DNA of 53,414 nucleotides from a virus (Duplodnaviria > Caudoviricetes): the IMG/VR virus record IMGVR_UViG_3300014208_000053, positions 1-53,414 of that record. The stretch is one strand, 5' to 3'. The notes beneath the pieces were generated by a model that saw nothing but the letters and a program-made list of their open reading frames with translations, searched no databases and was not told the origin of the DNA. The translations under genes and the position numbers were made by a program. This document shows, piece after piece, positions 38,276-47,833 of the stretch. Positions within the stretch are counted from its first letter, which is position 1, and the number at the start of each line of letters is the position of its first letter.

Positions 38276-40038
38276 TGGAAAATACCGTCCGGTGCATCGA
38301 GGCCACCCCGTTCCAGCTCGCGCAGGATCTGCTCTGTCTCGGCGGCGAGCGCTTCAACCTCACGGACTACCCCTACCTCGAAGCCGTCTACAACACCCGC
38401 GCGTCGCGTGTGGGGTTGTTCACCGGGCGTCAGGTCGCCAAGAGTACCACGCTCGCCTCGAAGCTGGTGATCAACGGCGTCTGCCACCCCGGCAGCGTGC
38501 AGGTCTACGTCGCGCCGCTGCAGGAGCAGGCGATGGTATTCGCCCAGCAGCGCTTGCGTGACTTCATCTCTGGCAGCCCGATCATCCAGGACTGCTTCTT
38601 CGACGGCCCGGGCAAGGTCGATCAGGTGCTGCGCCGCGTCTTCAACGCTGGCGGCTCGATGATCACGCTGGGCTACGCCCAGCGCACGGCTGACCGTCTG
38701 CGTGGTCAGTCGGTAAAAGACGGCAAGATGCACACGGTCCTCGACCCGCGCACGGGTGAGCTGATCGAGGTTGGCGGCGCCCAGCTGACCTTCGATGAGA
38801 TCCAGGACATCATGCCGGACATCTATCCGGTCGTCGAAGAAATGGCCTTCCGTGCCAAGGCCCCGCGTTTCTGGTACTGCGGCACGCCGAAGTCGATGAA
38901 CAATCCGATGGAGGCCTTCCGGGCGCGCTCCACCGGCGCCGAGTGGGCTGTCCGCTGCACCAACATGGGGTGCAAGAAGTGGAACCACTCTTGGACTGAA
39001 CGAAACATCGGCGATCACGGCGTTATCTGCGAGTTCTGCGGAGTCCCGCTGAATACCAACGCCAACGGCCGATGGGTCGTGGCACGCAAGATGGATCTCG
39101 AGAAGGGCCGGCACGCGTCGGTCACGATGGAGACCTATCGCGTCCCGCAGCTGATCGTGAAGCCGGTCATGGATCGGCGTCAGAAGTGGATGGAGCTGCT
39201 CGACAAGCTGCGGAACTACTCGACCGAGCGGTTCCGCAATGAGGTGCTCGGCCTGCCCCACGATTCGGGCTCCGTTCCGGTAACGATCGAGCAGCTCAAA
39301 GCCTGCTGTAACCCTGACCGCAAGAACGAGGTTCCGAACCCGCGCAAGAACCGCTACCCGCCACTGGTCATGGGCGTCGACTGGGCTTTCAACGGCGAGA
39401 ACAGCTACACCTTCGTGACCATCGGCGGCTTCAACCCGTTCCCGGGCCGGTTCGACGTCTACTACTGGAAGATCTTCAAGGGTGTTGAGACCGACCCCCT
39501 GTACCAGATCGACTGGATCGTGAAGGCCGCCTCCTACGCCGGCGTCCAGCTGCTCGGCTGCGACTGGGGCTGCGGCCAGGTCCAGAACCTGCAGCTGATC
39601 AACCGCCTCGGTGACGACCGCGTCATCCAGATGTGGCACACCGGCATGCAGGGGACCGGCGCCGGCCGCGCCGCCCGCGTGAAGTGGGATCCGAAGGTCC
39701 GCAAGTGGCACCTGGCCCGCACCCGGGTGCTCACCGACACCTTCGAGATGGTCCGCACGAAGCAGATCACCTTCCCGCGCTCTGACGAGTGCCAGGAGCT
39801 GTTCGACCACTTCATGGCTGTCAGCCTGGAGTACAACGACAAGACCAACGTCCAGCGGTATGTGAATATCAAGCCCGACGATGGTCTCCATTCGGTCACC
39901 TATTCGACGATCGCCGGCGAGTTCCTGGTCCGGGGTGATTTCAAGGGTCACATGGGCAGCACGACCCAGAGCGAGGCCGCTGCGGCCGACATCTGGAACG
40001 AGACCCCGGACGAGCGAACTGACTCCCTTTACCGATGA
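38272..40038 (+). CDS. terL: Terminase large subunit
   Basis: Walker A TGRQVAKST, Walker B LTFDEIQD, coupling motif GTP, CxxxxC/CxxC Zn site, nuclease MGVDW and PDDGLHS. Confidence 0.92.
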   Translation: MMENTVRCIEATPFQLAQDLLCLGGERFNLTDYPYLEAVYNTRASRVGLFTGRQVAKSTTLASKLVINGVCHPGSVQVYVAPLQEQAMVFAQQRLRDFISGSPIIQDCFFDGPGKVDQVLRRVFNAGGSMITLGYAQRTADRLRGQSVKDGKMHTVLDPRTGELIEVGGAQLTFDEIQDIMPDIYPVVEEMAFRAKAPRFWYCGTPKSMNNPMEAFRARSTGAEWAVRCTNMGCKKWNHSWTERNIGDHGVICEFCGVPLNTNANGRWVVARKMDLEKGRHASVTMETYRVPQLIVKPVMDRRQKWMELLDKLRNYSTERFRNEVLGLPHDSGSVPVTIEQLKACCNPDRKNEVPNPRKNRYPPLVMGVDWAFNGENSYTFVTIGGFNPFPGRFDVYYWKIFKGVETDPLYQIDWIVKAASYAGVQLLGCDWGCGQVQNLQLINRLGDDRVIQMWHTGMQGTGAGRAARVKWDPKVRKWHLARTRVLTDTFEMVRTKQITFPRSDECQELFDHFMAVSLEYNDKTNVQRYVNIKPDDGLHSVTYSTIAGEFLVRGDFKGHMGSTTQSEAAAADIWNETPDERTDSLYR

Positions 40039-40071
40039 CCGGCGTCGAGTACCCTATCCCACGAGGTTCCT

Positions 40072-41382
40072 ATGTCCCACAAGGCCCGTCTGCAGCCGTA
40101 CATCGACGAGGTGAAGGCCGCAGGCCTCCGCGGCGAGTCGATGCAGGATAAGCTGGCGTCCATCGTCGACGCCCACGACCTGACCCCGCACGAGATCCGC
40201 CGCATCGCGGAGGACGCCAATCGCGGGGTGCACATCTCCCTCACCAAGAACGCGCACGCCCAGAAGAAGGATGCCCGTCTGCGGTTCGAGCTGGCCGACC
40301 CTGAGAAGCTGGTTGGCCAGGCACGCAAGAGCGCCGAGGCCAGCATGTACCGTGAGGGCTCGTCCAAGCTGGCAGCCATCGAGGAAGCCGGCGGCGACCC
40401 CTTCGCCCCGCTCCCGGAGGCCGGCGACGTCAAGCTCTCGATCTACGATCACCCGATGGACCCCTCGCTGGCCTACTCGCTCGAGGAAGCGAAGACCCGG
40501 TCGATGCTGCTCGAGCTGGACAAGACCCGCGCTGAAGTCGAGATCGTCCAGAATGAGGCGAAGTCCGCTGGTATCAGCGCCCTCTCCGAAGCCTCGGACG
40601 CCCACGATCGCATCATCCAGTCCGCCATCGACATGGTCATGTCCGGCGTGACCCTCCCCTCGCTCTACCGCGCTGTCATGGCGACCGTGAGCGGCTGCCG
40701 CCTCGACAACGAGAAGAACCCCGAAGAGCTGCGCGCCCTGCTGCGCATGGTCGTCGAAGGTTTGAAGTCGCGCGGCGTCCCGAACCACCGTCTCGGCTTC
40801 CGTTTCGCGGCGGACAAGAACGAGATCGACCAGCTCTCGATCGACGACATCGTCTCGATGTGCGAGAATGCCGTGGCCTACGACCGCGGCGCCTGCCCAC
40901 CCCCGGCGCTGACCAAGCAGGCCCAGTATTACCTGCAGAAGCAGCCCGACTACTCGAAGATGCACGAGACCGGCAAGCACCCCTACGAGGATGCGGCCAA
41001 CTGGTTCGAGAACCGCCCGTCCCAGGCTGACCACAAGCTGCCCCAGACCTACCTCGACGAGCGCAACACCGGCAATACCCCCGGCGGCACCCCGCGCATC
41101 GTCAACGGCGACAGTTCCTTCACCATCGCGGTGAAGGACCTCGTCGGTGCCCGCGACCGCCTCCTGAAGACCCACAACGCGCAGGAGTATCTGGGCCTCA
41201 AGCTCAAGGAAATCTCCGAGGCCACCGGCCAGCTCAAGCGCGCCCAGCACATCGCGGCCAAGCAGCTCGAGGCCAAGCTGGCCAACCCGTTGCTCGGCCT
41301 CGCGGCCCGTGCTATCCCGGCGGTGGCGTCAGCCATCGGCGCCGCGCCCAAGAAGACTGAGATGCAGGGAGCCGTGGCGTGA
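40072..41382 (+). CDS. Hypothetical head-region protein (K-x-A rich)
   Basis: 436 aa, GAGG SD; ends KLANPLLGLAARAIPAVASAIG. Confidence 0.75.
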   Translation: MSHKARLQPYIDEVKAAGLRGESMQDKLASIVDAHDLTPHEIRRIAEDANRGVHISLTKNAHAQKKDARLRFELADPEKLVGQARKSAEASMYREGSSKLAAIEEAGGDPFAPLPEAGDVKLSIYDHPMDPSLAYSLEEAKTRSMLLELDKTRAEVEIVQNEAKSAGISALSEASDAHDRIIQSAIDMVMSGVTLPSLYRAVMATVSGCRLDNEKNPEELRALLRMVVEGLKSRGVPNHRLGFRFAADKNEIDQLSIDDIVSMCENAVAYDRGACPPPALTKQAQYYLQKQPDYSKMHETGKHPYEDAANWFENRPSQADHKLPQTYLDERNTGNTPGGTPRIVNGDSSFTIAVKDLVGARDRLLKTHNAQEYLGLKLKEISEATGQLKRAQHIAAKQLEAKLANPLLGLAARAIPAVASAIGAAPKKTEMQGAVA

Positions 41383-41624
41383 ACACCCCGGCGACCGAAG
41401 CTCTCGAAGCGCGCAAGACCGCGGCTGGCATGGGTGACACCATCCGGTCGGGGCTCTCGCACGCGTGGAAGACCGACCCGGCCAACACCCTGATGGCTGG
41501 CGCCACTGCCGCCGGGGCGCTCAGCAGCGTCGCCGCGCCGGTGATTGCCAACATGACGGCGCCCGGTGCCCCCTCCCGTGGCCACAACCAGACCGGCGGC
41601 ATGATGCCGATGCCCGCCAACTGA
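41379..41624 (+). CDS. Small K-x-A protein with hydrophobic segment
   Basis: 81 aa, GTGA overlap; RKTAAG...LMAGATAAGALSSVAAPVIA. Confidence 0.6.
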   Translation: MNTPATEALEARKTAAGMGDTIRSGLSHAWKTDPANTLMAGATAAGALSSVAAPVIANMTAPGAPSRGHNQTGGMMPMPAN

Positions 41625-41626
41625 GC

Positions 41627-42514
41627 ATGCCCCGCTTCACCGACATCGCGAAGGTCGCCGTCAGCGTCGAGCTCGCGCAGGGTGGCCCCGTGCCTCCGGC
41701 GCCGACGGCTTCCGCGCCCTTCGGTGTCGCCCCGCAGCCTGGCCCGTCCATTGGCGGCTCCTCGACCGCCCAGGGTGGATCACCCACTGGCCTGACTGCT
41801 GGCGTGGCCCTGCCGCCTACCGGCCCCCTGATCCGCTCGGACCAGGCACAGCCGCAGCCTCGCATGCAGACCACCCAGTCGCTGCCGGAGACCAAGGCCC
41901 CAGGTGCGGCGAAAGCCTTCGTACCGAACAAGCAGACGACCCAGCAGGCCCCTGCGCTGCCCAAGCCCAGTGCGGCCCCCGCGGCCAAGCCGGCCCAGCC
42001 GACGCTGCTGGCTGGGAAGAAGGCCGGTCTCTACCCCCTCAAGCTCGCGACCGTTCTGGCGCCCGCTGCGCCAGGCCTCCTGAGCCACGTCACCGGCGGC
42101 CTGGGGATGCACCCCGAGATGTTCACCGGCGGTGTCGCCAGCAAGGCCCTCGGGGCGATGGACGCCTACGGCCGGGCCAACACCCTGTTCCACATCCCCG
42201 AGATGGTGGAGAACGGCGCGGACTGGGTCGGCGACCGCCTGGCCGGGACGCCTGCCAGCGACACCCTCGAGTCCCGCAAGGCTGCAGCCTTTGGCGTGCC
42301 GACCGAGCCCCTGCCGGCTGGCACCATGCCCCAGAGCCCGACCAGTGGGTTCATGGACGTGGTCGAGCCGTTGAAGCATCCGATCCAATCGGTAAAGAAC
42401 TTCGTCTCTGGTCTCGGCGACGAGGCCGATCGGCAGCTCACCATGTCCATGGTGGAGCGGCCGGTCGACGTCCATCAGCGGATGTACCAGACTCACCCGA
42501 CGATCACCAACTGA
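41627..42514 (+). CDS. Pro/Ala-rich K-x-A protein
   Basis: Start reassigned to MPRFTDIAKVA, 2 nt after the upstream TGA. Confidence 0.65.
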   Translation: MPRFTDIAKVAVSVELAQGGPVPPAPTASAPFGVAPQPGPSIGGSSTAQGGSPTGLTAGVALPPTGPLIRSDQAQPQPRMQTTQSLPETKAPGAAKAFVPNKQTTQQAPALPKPSAAPAAKPAQPTLLAGKKAGLYPLKLATVLAPAAPGLLSHVTGGLGMHPEMFTGGVASKALGAMDAYGRANTLFHIPEMVENGADWVGDRLAGTPASDTLESRKAAAFGVPTEPLPAGTMPQSPTSGFMDVVEPLKHPIQSVKNFVSGLGDEADRQLTMSMVERPVDVHQRMYQTHPTITN

Positions 42515-42520
42515 GGCGCT

Positions 42521-44176
42521 ATGACCACGCTCGCCACCAAGCTCGCCCGCAATGAAGCCGACCTGATCAGCGCTGCTGCCCAGGGCTCGGAGGTCTTCCA
42601 TTCGGTGATCTTCCAGAAGCTCGCAGCCCTCAAGCTCGACGTCGATGACCGCCAGGCGATCATGGACATGCTCACCGAAGAGCGCGAGAAGACCGCGGCT
42701 CCCGGTGGCTTCGGCATCGGTCACGCGCTTGCCCTCGGCTCGATCCTCGCGCCCATGGCGATCTCCGGCGCGAAGTGGCTGGCCAACCGCGGCTCCTACG
42801 ACGAGGGCTGGCACAACCTGCAGATGACCGCCCCCGATGTGATCCAGCAGGACCCTGCCCGGGCGAAGTCGATCTATGACCTCCTGCACTCGACGGCGCC
42901 GAACATCGCCACCAACCCGGTCGTCGCTGCGGACCTGATGCGCCAGATGACGGCCATGCCGATGGTCGACCTGGGCAGCGTCAAGACGATGTCCGATGTC
43001 GGCAAGAACATGGGCGCCATCCAGGACCAGCAGTACGGCGCTGAGAACCAGATGTTCGATCCGCTCGACAAGTACAAGGGTCGGTCGGAAGCGTTCCACA
43101 TGCTCACCGGCGGCAAGACCGCCTCGGTCAAGCTGGCTGTGCGCCACATCGCCAAGGACGGCACGCCCTGCGTGTTCGACTGGAGCACCCCCGCGATGAA
43201 GGAAGCCGGGATCACTGACGCCTTCACCTCGGGCTTCTCCGGCAACGGTTCCACGATGGACCAGGCCAACAACGCCACCCAGATGGAGCAGATGGCCGGC
43301 GGCCAGTCGTTGCTCCCGCTGGATGCCGTCGTGCGCGAACTGATCGCCAAGGAGATGGAACTGTCGCAGCGCGAGCAGGTGCTGCAGCAGCAGGAAATCC
43401 AGATGCAGCAGGCCATGCAGATGCAGGCCCAGATGGGCGGCATGTACCAGCAGCAGTACGGCGTCGACCCGGCCACCGGCATGCCCACCGGCCAGCAGCC
43501 GGAGGCAGGCGCTGAACAGGGCGAGGACCAGGGCGGCGAGCAGGGGCAGGACCCGAACGCTGCCCCCGCCGGCCAGGACCCGAATGCCGCTCCGGCGCAG
43601 GACCCGAACGCGGCTGCCGCGCCGGCTGCCCCCGCAGCGGCCCCCGGCCAGGACCCCAACGCCCAGCCGCATGTCGATCCGAACCAGGTCGCTCAGGACT
43701 CTGGACAGGGCCAGCCCCTGCCTCCTCCGACCGACGCGGGCGCTGCGCCCGCTAGCGACCCGGCCGCGGCTGCCGCTGCCGGCGCTGCGCCGGCGGGCGG
43801 CTCGGCTGCTCCGCCTGCCCAGGGCGAAGAGGGTGAAGACGCCGAAGGCGCCGATGCCGGCGCTGTGCCTCCGGGCGCGGCCCCGACGGATGCCGGAGTT
43901 CCCGCCGATCCGTCGGTTGGCGCGGCCCCGCCGGCCGATGTTGGTGGAACCCCGCAGGACGCGCTCATGGCGGCCGGCGGTGCACAGCCTGGCGCCATGG
44001 GTAGCCAGGGGATGGTCGCGACCTCCGACGGTCTGCACCTCGAGATCCCGCTGCCCTCGCTGCACATCCACATCAAGACGGCGGACGCGAAGGCCGATCT
44101 GGAGCCGCTGGAGAAGGAACGCCAGGAAGCCCTGACCACCTTCAACGATCTGTTCTCCGACATCTTCCGCCCCTGA
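42521..44176 (+). CDS. K-x-A protein with hydrophobic segment and a long disordered Q/P/A region
   Basis: 551 aa; EKTAAPGGFGIGHALALGSILAPMAISGAKWL; QDPNAAPA repeats. Confidence 0.75.
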   Translation: MTTLATKLARNEADLISAAAQGSEVFHSVIFQKLAALKLDVDDRQAIMDMLTEEREKTAAPGGFGIGHALALGSILAPMAISGAKWLANRGSYDEGWHNLQMTAPDVIQQDPARAKSIYDLLHSTAPNIATNPVVAADLMRQMTAMPMVDLGSVKTMSDVGKNMGAIQDQQYGAENQMFDPLDKYKGRSEAFHMLTGGKTASVKLAVRHIAKDGTPCVFDWSTPAMKEAGITDAFTSGFSGNGSTMDQANNATQMEQMAGGQSLLPLDAVVRELIAKEMELSQREQVLQQQEIQMQQAMQMQAQMGGMYQQQYGVDPATGMPTGQQPEAGAEQGEDQGGEQGQDPNAAPAGQDPNAAPAQDPNAAAAPAAPAAAPGQDPNAQPHVDPNQVAQDSGQGQPLPPPTDAGAAPASDPAAAAAAGAAPAGGSAAPPAQGEEGEDAEGADAGAVPPGAAPTDAGVPADPSVGAAPPADVGGTPQDALMAAGGAQPGAMGSQGMVATSDGLHLEIPLPSLHIHIKTADAKADLEPLEKERQEALTTFNDLFSDIFRP

Positions 44177-44183
44177 GGTTGCC

Positions 44184-45191
44184 ATGCTTCTCACGTCACA
44201 GATCATCGCCACCAACCTCGTTTTCGCCGGCAGCGTGTCGGTGGATCTCGACTCCCTCGAAGACGCCTACATCAAGGCCTACGGGGAACCGACGATCGAG
44301 CTCGGGGGCCTGATTGCCTACGCGCCGCTCAACGCTGGCCCGGACATCCTCCCACTCGACACCGCCGTCGACATCGGCGCGAGTGCGAGCGGCGGATCGT
44401 CCGTCGACGTCCCGGGCCTGGGTTCGGGCGGCCTCGATCTCCTCGGCCGCGGCGGGATGCCAGTCGGCAACGCCAACGTCTCCGGGTTCTTCAAGGGCCG
44501 GCAGAATGTCGGCACTGACTTCACCCTCGAGGCCCGGCTGATCCTCAGCATCCCCGGCGCTGTGCTGACCTCGCCGGCGCCGGCCGAGGGCCTGGTGCAG
44601 GGCTTGGCGATGTTCGAGACCCTGGCCACCGACGGCCCGGCGATCTTCTTCGGCGTCATCCAGCCGAACGGCGGGTCGAAGGAGCTGGCGATCTATCAGC
44701 GCGTGACCACCGGCGGAGCCTTGACCCGGCTGGCCGGCCTCGTGCCCGCCAGCTACGAAGGGCTGATGCTCAAGATCGTCCGCACCGGTGCGGCGCTCGC
44801 GTTCACCTACTCGCTCGATGGCGGGACCACCTGGCTCGCCCTGTCGGCCGCGGTCGGCGCGACGGCCTCGTCCTACCAGGTCGGTCTGTTCCTGAACAAC
44901 GGGAGCCAGACCATCGCCGACTCGCTGAACCGGCTGGTGGTCGACAGCACCGTGCTCCGCAAGGGCACCTTGGGCTACTTCACCATCCTCAACGCGGGCA
45001 CCGCGCTGATCCGCAGCCAGTCGCCGCACCAGTTCAGCCTCGATGGCAAGGTCGATCCCGAAGCCGAGAACAAGGTCAAGGGCTGGCTCACCGTCATCCG
45101 GCAGCGGCTCATCGATGCGAAGGCTGCTCTGCTCCTGCAGGAAAACCCGGTCAACGCCGCGACGGCCGGACTGAATACGGAACAGGTGTGA
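44184..45191 (+). CDS. Protein with a ConA-like lectin/beta-sandwich domain
   Basis: LMLKIVRTGAALAFTYSLDGGTTWLAL...YQVGLF matches the 'LrL.R.G..f..yyS.DG.tW' ConA/DUF1349-like signature. Confidence 0.6.
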   Translation: MLLTSQIIATNLVFAGSVSVDLDSLEDAYIKAYGEPTIELGGLIAYAPLNAGPDILPLDTAVDIGASASGGSSVDVPGLGSGGLDLLGRGGMPVGNANVSGFFKGRQNVGTDFTLEARLILSIPGAVLTSPAPAEGLVQGLAMFETLATDGPAIFFGVIQPNGGSKELAIYQRVTTGGALTRLAGLVPASYEGLMLKIVRTGAALAFTYSLDGGTTWLALSAAVGATASSYQVGLFLNNGSQTIADSLNRLVVDSTVLRKGTLGYFTILNAGTALIRSQSPHQFSLDGKVDPEAENKVKGWLTVIRQRLIDAKAALLLQENPVNAATAGLNTEQV

Positions 45192-45496
45192 ACCAGTTCC
45201 CCGCGATCGTGATTCTTGCAGCCAAGACCGCAGCAGCCTGCCACGTCAACAAGCGGCTGCCTGCGATCAAGGACATCACGCGCCCGGCCGGCGCCAAGCA
45301 GGCGAATCACATTGCGGCACCAGGGAATCCCCTGTCGGCCCCCACCACCGAGATCCTGCAGACCAACCTGGGTCATGACCCCAACCCGGCCGCGCGCATC
45401 GTCCCGATGGATATGAACGGAGGCATGGCCGGAAGCCGTTCAGGCTTCCAGGAAACCCACAACTTCCCGAACATGCTCCCTGGAGCCAGCACATGA
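45188..45496 (+). CDS. Small K-x-A protein
   Basis: 102 aa; overlaps both neighbours by 4 nt; AKTAA near the N-terminus. Confidence 0.6.
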   Translation: MNQFPAIVILAAKTAAACHVNKRLPAIKDITRPAGAKQANHIAAPGNPLSAPTTEILQTNLGHDPNPAARIVPMDMNGGMAGSRSGFQETHNFPNMLPGAST

Positions 45497-46878
45497 GTAT
45501 CGAGAAGCATGTTTCGACGACCTGGCAGATCGAGAACGTTCTCGACTCAGCCTCCAAGGTCGCGTGCTGGACGCCGCCCACCTACGTCCCGCCCGAGATC
45601 CAGGCCTTCATGGACCGGCTCAAGGAGCGTGGCGCTGATCCGCGCTTCACCTATGTCCACATCATCGCGATGACGGACGGCGATTACTATGGCCAGAACC
45701 TCAACGGCGACGTCTTCACCACCGATGAACTGACGGGCACTCAGTCGGCGATGGAGTCAGCGAAGAACACCGGCGATCTGGCGAACGTGCAGGTCCCCCG
45801 GTACAAGACCTTCGAGCAGGCCAAGTTCTACCGCAACCATGCTAATGGGCCGACTGACCCCTATTATGGCGACGTTCCCTGCGCGGCATGGAACGACCCG
45901 ATGCGCCGCGTCGAGCTGATCATCCGCATCGCCAAGCGTCCGGTGCCCGAGCTGGGCATGCAGGACGGCAAGGACATCATCATCAAGCTCGACCGTCGTG
46001 GTTACATCACGGTCAGCATGGGAACCCGCATTTCATACGAGCAGTGCTCGATCTGCGGTAACACCAACGAGTTCCTCCACGATCGCTGCGAACACCTCGC
46101 CAACCAGATGAACGACGTCCTGCCGGACGGTCGGGTCGTCAGCGCGAAGAACTTCGGCATGCGGTTCTTCGATCTCAGCGACGTCGGCGTCCCAGCTGAT
46201 CCTGGCGCCTATTCACTGGCGAAAGTCGCATCGCCCGACGGATCGCCCCACCTTCCGCCCAACGTGGCCTTCGACGCTGATGGCTACGCTGAATGGCGGA
46301 ACAAGCACAGCGAGCTGACCAAGCATGTTCCCTGCTCCGACCCTATTGCTGATCTGCTGCCTGTCGCTGACGCGACCCGTCGGACAGCTGACGAGCCTGC
46401 CGCTTATTCGGTCGATGAGCTGAAGAAGGCCGTCTACGAGGCCCAGGGTGACATCGACGTCGTCCTCTCGACGGCCGCCGCTGCTGGCATCGTTTTCTCA
46501 CCGACCGAGCTGTGCACGATCACGGCGCTGACCGAGCCTGACAAGATGGCGTCTGCGTCTTTCCAGGGCTTTCGGACCATCACCTTTGACAAGGTCGCGA
46601 GGTCGGTGTACGATGTGCTCCGTTCCAAGTTCGCCGATCGTTCTGGCTTCGTGGCTCCATGCTACGCCAGGGGGTGGGAACCGGCGAAGTTGGCTGAAGA
46701 GGGACACACGGTCGTCGCGGACTACTACGCGTTCTACCGAGACGCCCTCCGCTCTTTGTCGCGCTCGACGTTCGTCAAGGCTGCTCACCGGCTCCCGTAC
46801 TTGCGGGAGGTGGTCGACGCCGGAGGCGATCCCAAAGCAGCGATGAACCACCTGGCGTACGCGGGAATCCTCCCGTGA
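45493..46878 (+). CDS. Prohead maturation protease (HK97/herpes-assemblin-like fold) with Zn-finger insertion
   Basis: NLNGDVF, FYRNH (catalytic His candidate), VSMG (catalytic Ser candidate), CSICG..CEHL, FFDLSDVGVPADPGA; located upstream of the capsid gene. Confidence 0.75.
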   Translation: MSIEKHVSTTWQIENVLDSASKVACWTPPTYVPPEIQAFMDRLKERGADPRFTYVHIIAMTDGDYYGQNLNGDVFTTDELTGTQSAMESAKNTGDLANVQVPRYKTFEQAKFYRNHANGPTDPYYGDVPCAAWNDPMRRVELIIRIAKRPVPELGMQDGKDIIIKLDRRGYITVSMGTRISYEQCSICGNTNEFLHDRCEHLANQMNDVLPDGRVVSAKNFGMRFFDLSDVGVPADPGAYSLAKVASPDGSPHLPPNVAFDADGYAEWRNKHSELTKHVPCSDPIADLLPVADATRRTADEPAAYSVDELKKAVYEAQGDIDVVLSTAAAAGIVFSPTELCTITALTEPDKMASASFQGFRTITFDKVARSVYDVLRSKFADRSGFVAPCYARGWEPAKLAEEGHTVVADYYAFYRDALRSLSRSTFVKAAHRLPYLREVVDAGGDPKAAMNHLAYAGILP

Positions 46879-46917
46879 CGCATCCCGCTTCCCAACCCCC
46901 TCTCCTCTGAGGAAACC

Positions 46918-47739
46918 ATGTCGACCCAGACCCTCGCCTCCTACCTCAAGACCGCCGGCGTCAACGTCGCCCCCGCGGCCAAGACCGCTGCCGCCGCTCC
47001 CGCGCCGGCCGCTGCCGCCCCGGCTCCCGCCGCGGCCCCCGCGGCCAAGACCGCTGCCGCCGCTCCCGCGCCGGCCGCTGCCGCCCCGGCTCCCGCCGCG
47101 GCCCCCGCCAAGACCGCCGGAACCGAAGCCCCGAAGGCCGATGTGCTCTACAACCCCGAGGCCCTCAAGACCGCCGAGCAGAAGTGGCTCCTCAAGGAAC
47201 AGGGCATCCTGGTCCTCGACCCCACCAAGGCTGCCTCGCTCGTCGCGGGCATGCGCAAGACCGCCGAGGAGTCCAAGAAGGCCGAACTGAACAAGTTCGC
47301 CGCCGAGATGGAAGCCCGCGGCGTCCTGCAGTTCCACGGCATGATGAAGGAAAGCTGCGCCATGCAGCTCGCCAGCGGCGAAGCCAAGCCCTTCGACGTC
47401 ATCAAGACCGCGGCCTGGACCGGCTGCTCGGTGCAGGACATCATCACCCGCGCCAACGAGCTGAAGAAGATCGCCGAGCTGGCCGCCGCCAGCGGTGAGG
47501 CCGCCTTCTTCGGCACCGAGCGTGGCCGCGCCGCCCGCGCTGACGACAGCGAGGTCATGCGCGCCGCCGAGCGGAACCAGAACACCACCGCGTTCGAGCC
47601 CGAGGCCGTCGCCGGCACCCGCGCCGCGACCCGCGGCACCGATGCCAAGGAGCTCCGGTTCCAGGAGACCGTGACCATGCCCAACAACCCGGGCCTGAAC
47701 CACGGCCAGCAGACCGACAACGGCAAGAGCGGCGTCTAA
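46918..47739 (+). CDS. Ala-rich K-x-A protein, candidate scaffold or head internal protein
   Basis: 273 aa, GAGG SD, strong codon bias, many KTA motifs. Confidence 0.75.
   Translation: MSTQTLASYLKTAGVNVAPAAKTAAAAPAPAAAAPAPAAAPAAKTAAAAPAPAAAAPAPAAAPAKTAGTEAPKADVLYNPEALKTAEQKWLLKEQGILVLDPTKAASLVAGMRKTAEESKKAELNKFAAEMEARGVLQFHGMMKESCAMQLASGEAKPFDVIKTAAWTGCSVQDIITRANELKKIAELAAASGEAAFFGTERGRAARADDSEVMRAAERNQNTTAFEPEAVAGTRAATRGTDAKELRFQETVTMPNNPGLNHGQQTDNGKSGV
46969..47100 (+). repeat. Exact 66-bp tandem duplication (APAAKTAAAAPAPAAAAPAPAA x2)
   Basis: 46969-47034 equals 47035-47100, followed by a partial third copy. Confidence 0.9.
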
Positions 47740-47773
47740 CGCCCTCACCGTGATCGCTGCTTGAAGCAACGCG

Positions 47774-47808
47774 TCGGCCCCGGATCATTCCGGGGCCGAT
47801 TCGTTTCT
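47774..47808 (+). terminator. Putative intrinsic terminator or attenuator
   Basis: TCGGCCCCGGA-TCAT-TCCGGGGCCGA followed by TTCGTTTCT. Confidence 0.6.
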
Positions 47809-47833
47809 GATCCCCGAACACCCGGAGCCCACC

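Noticed and set aside
8649-44215. Long antisense ORFs (8649-11126, 11205-12773, 16039-17934, 28307-30118, 38029-39951, 41780-44215 and others)
   Set aside because: These are shadow frames of high-GC3 genes. They lie opposite recognisable proteins and carry no motifs.
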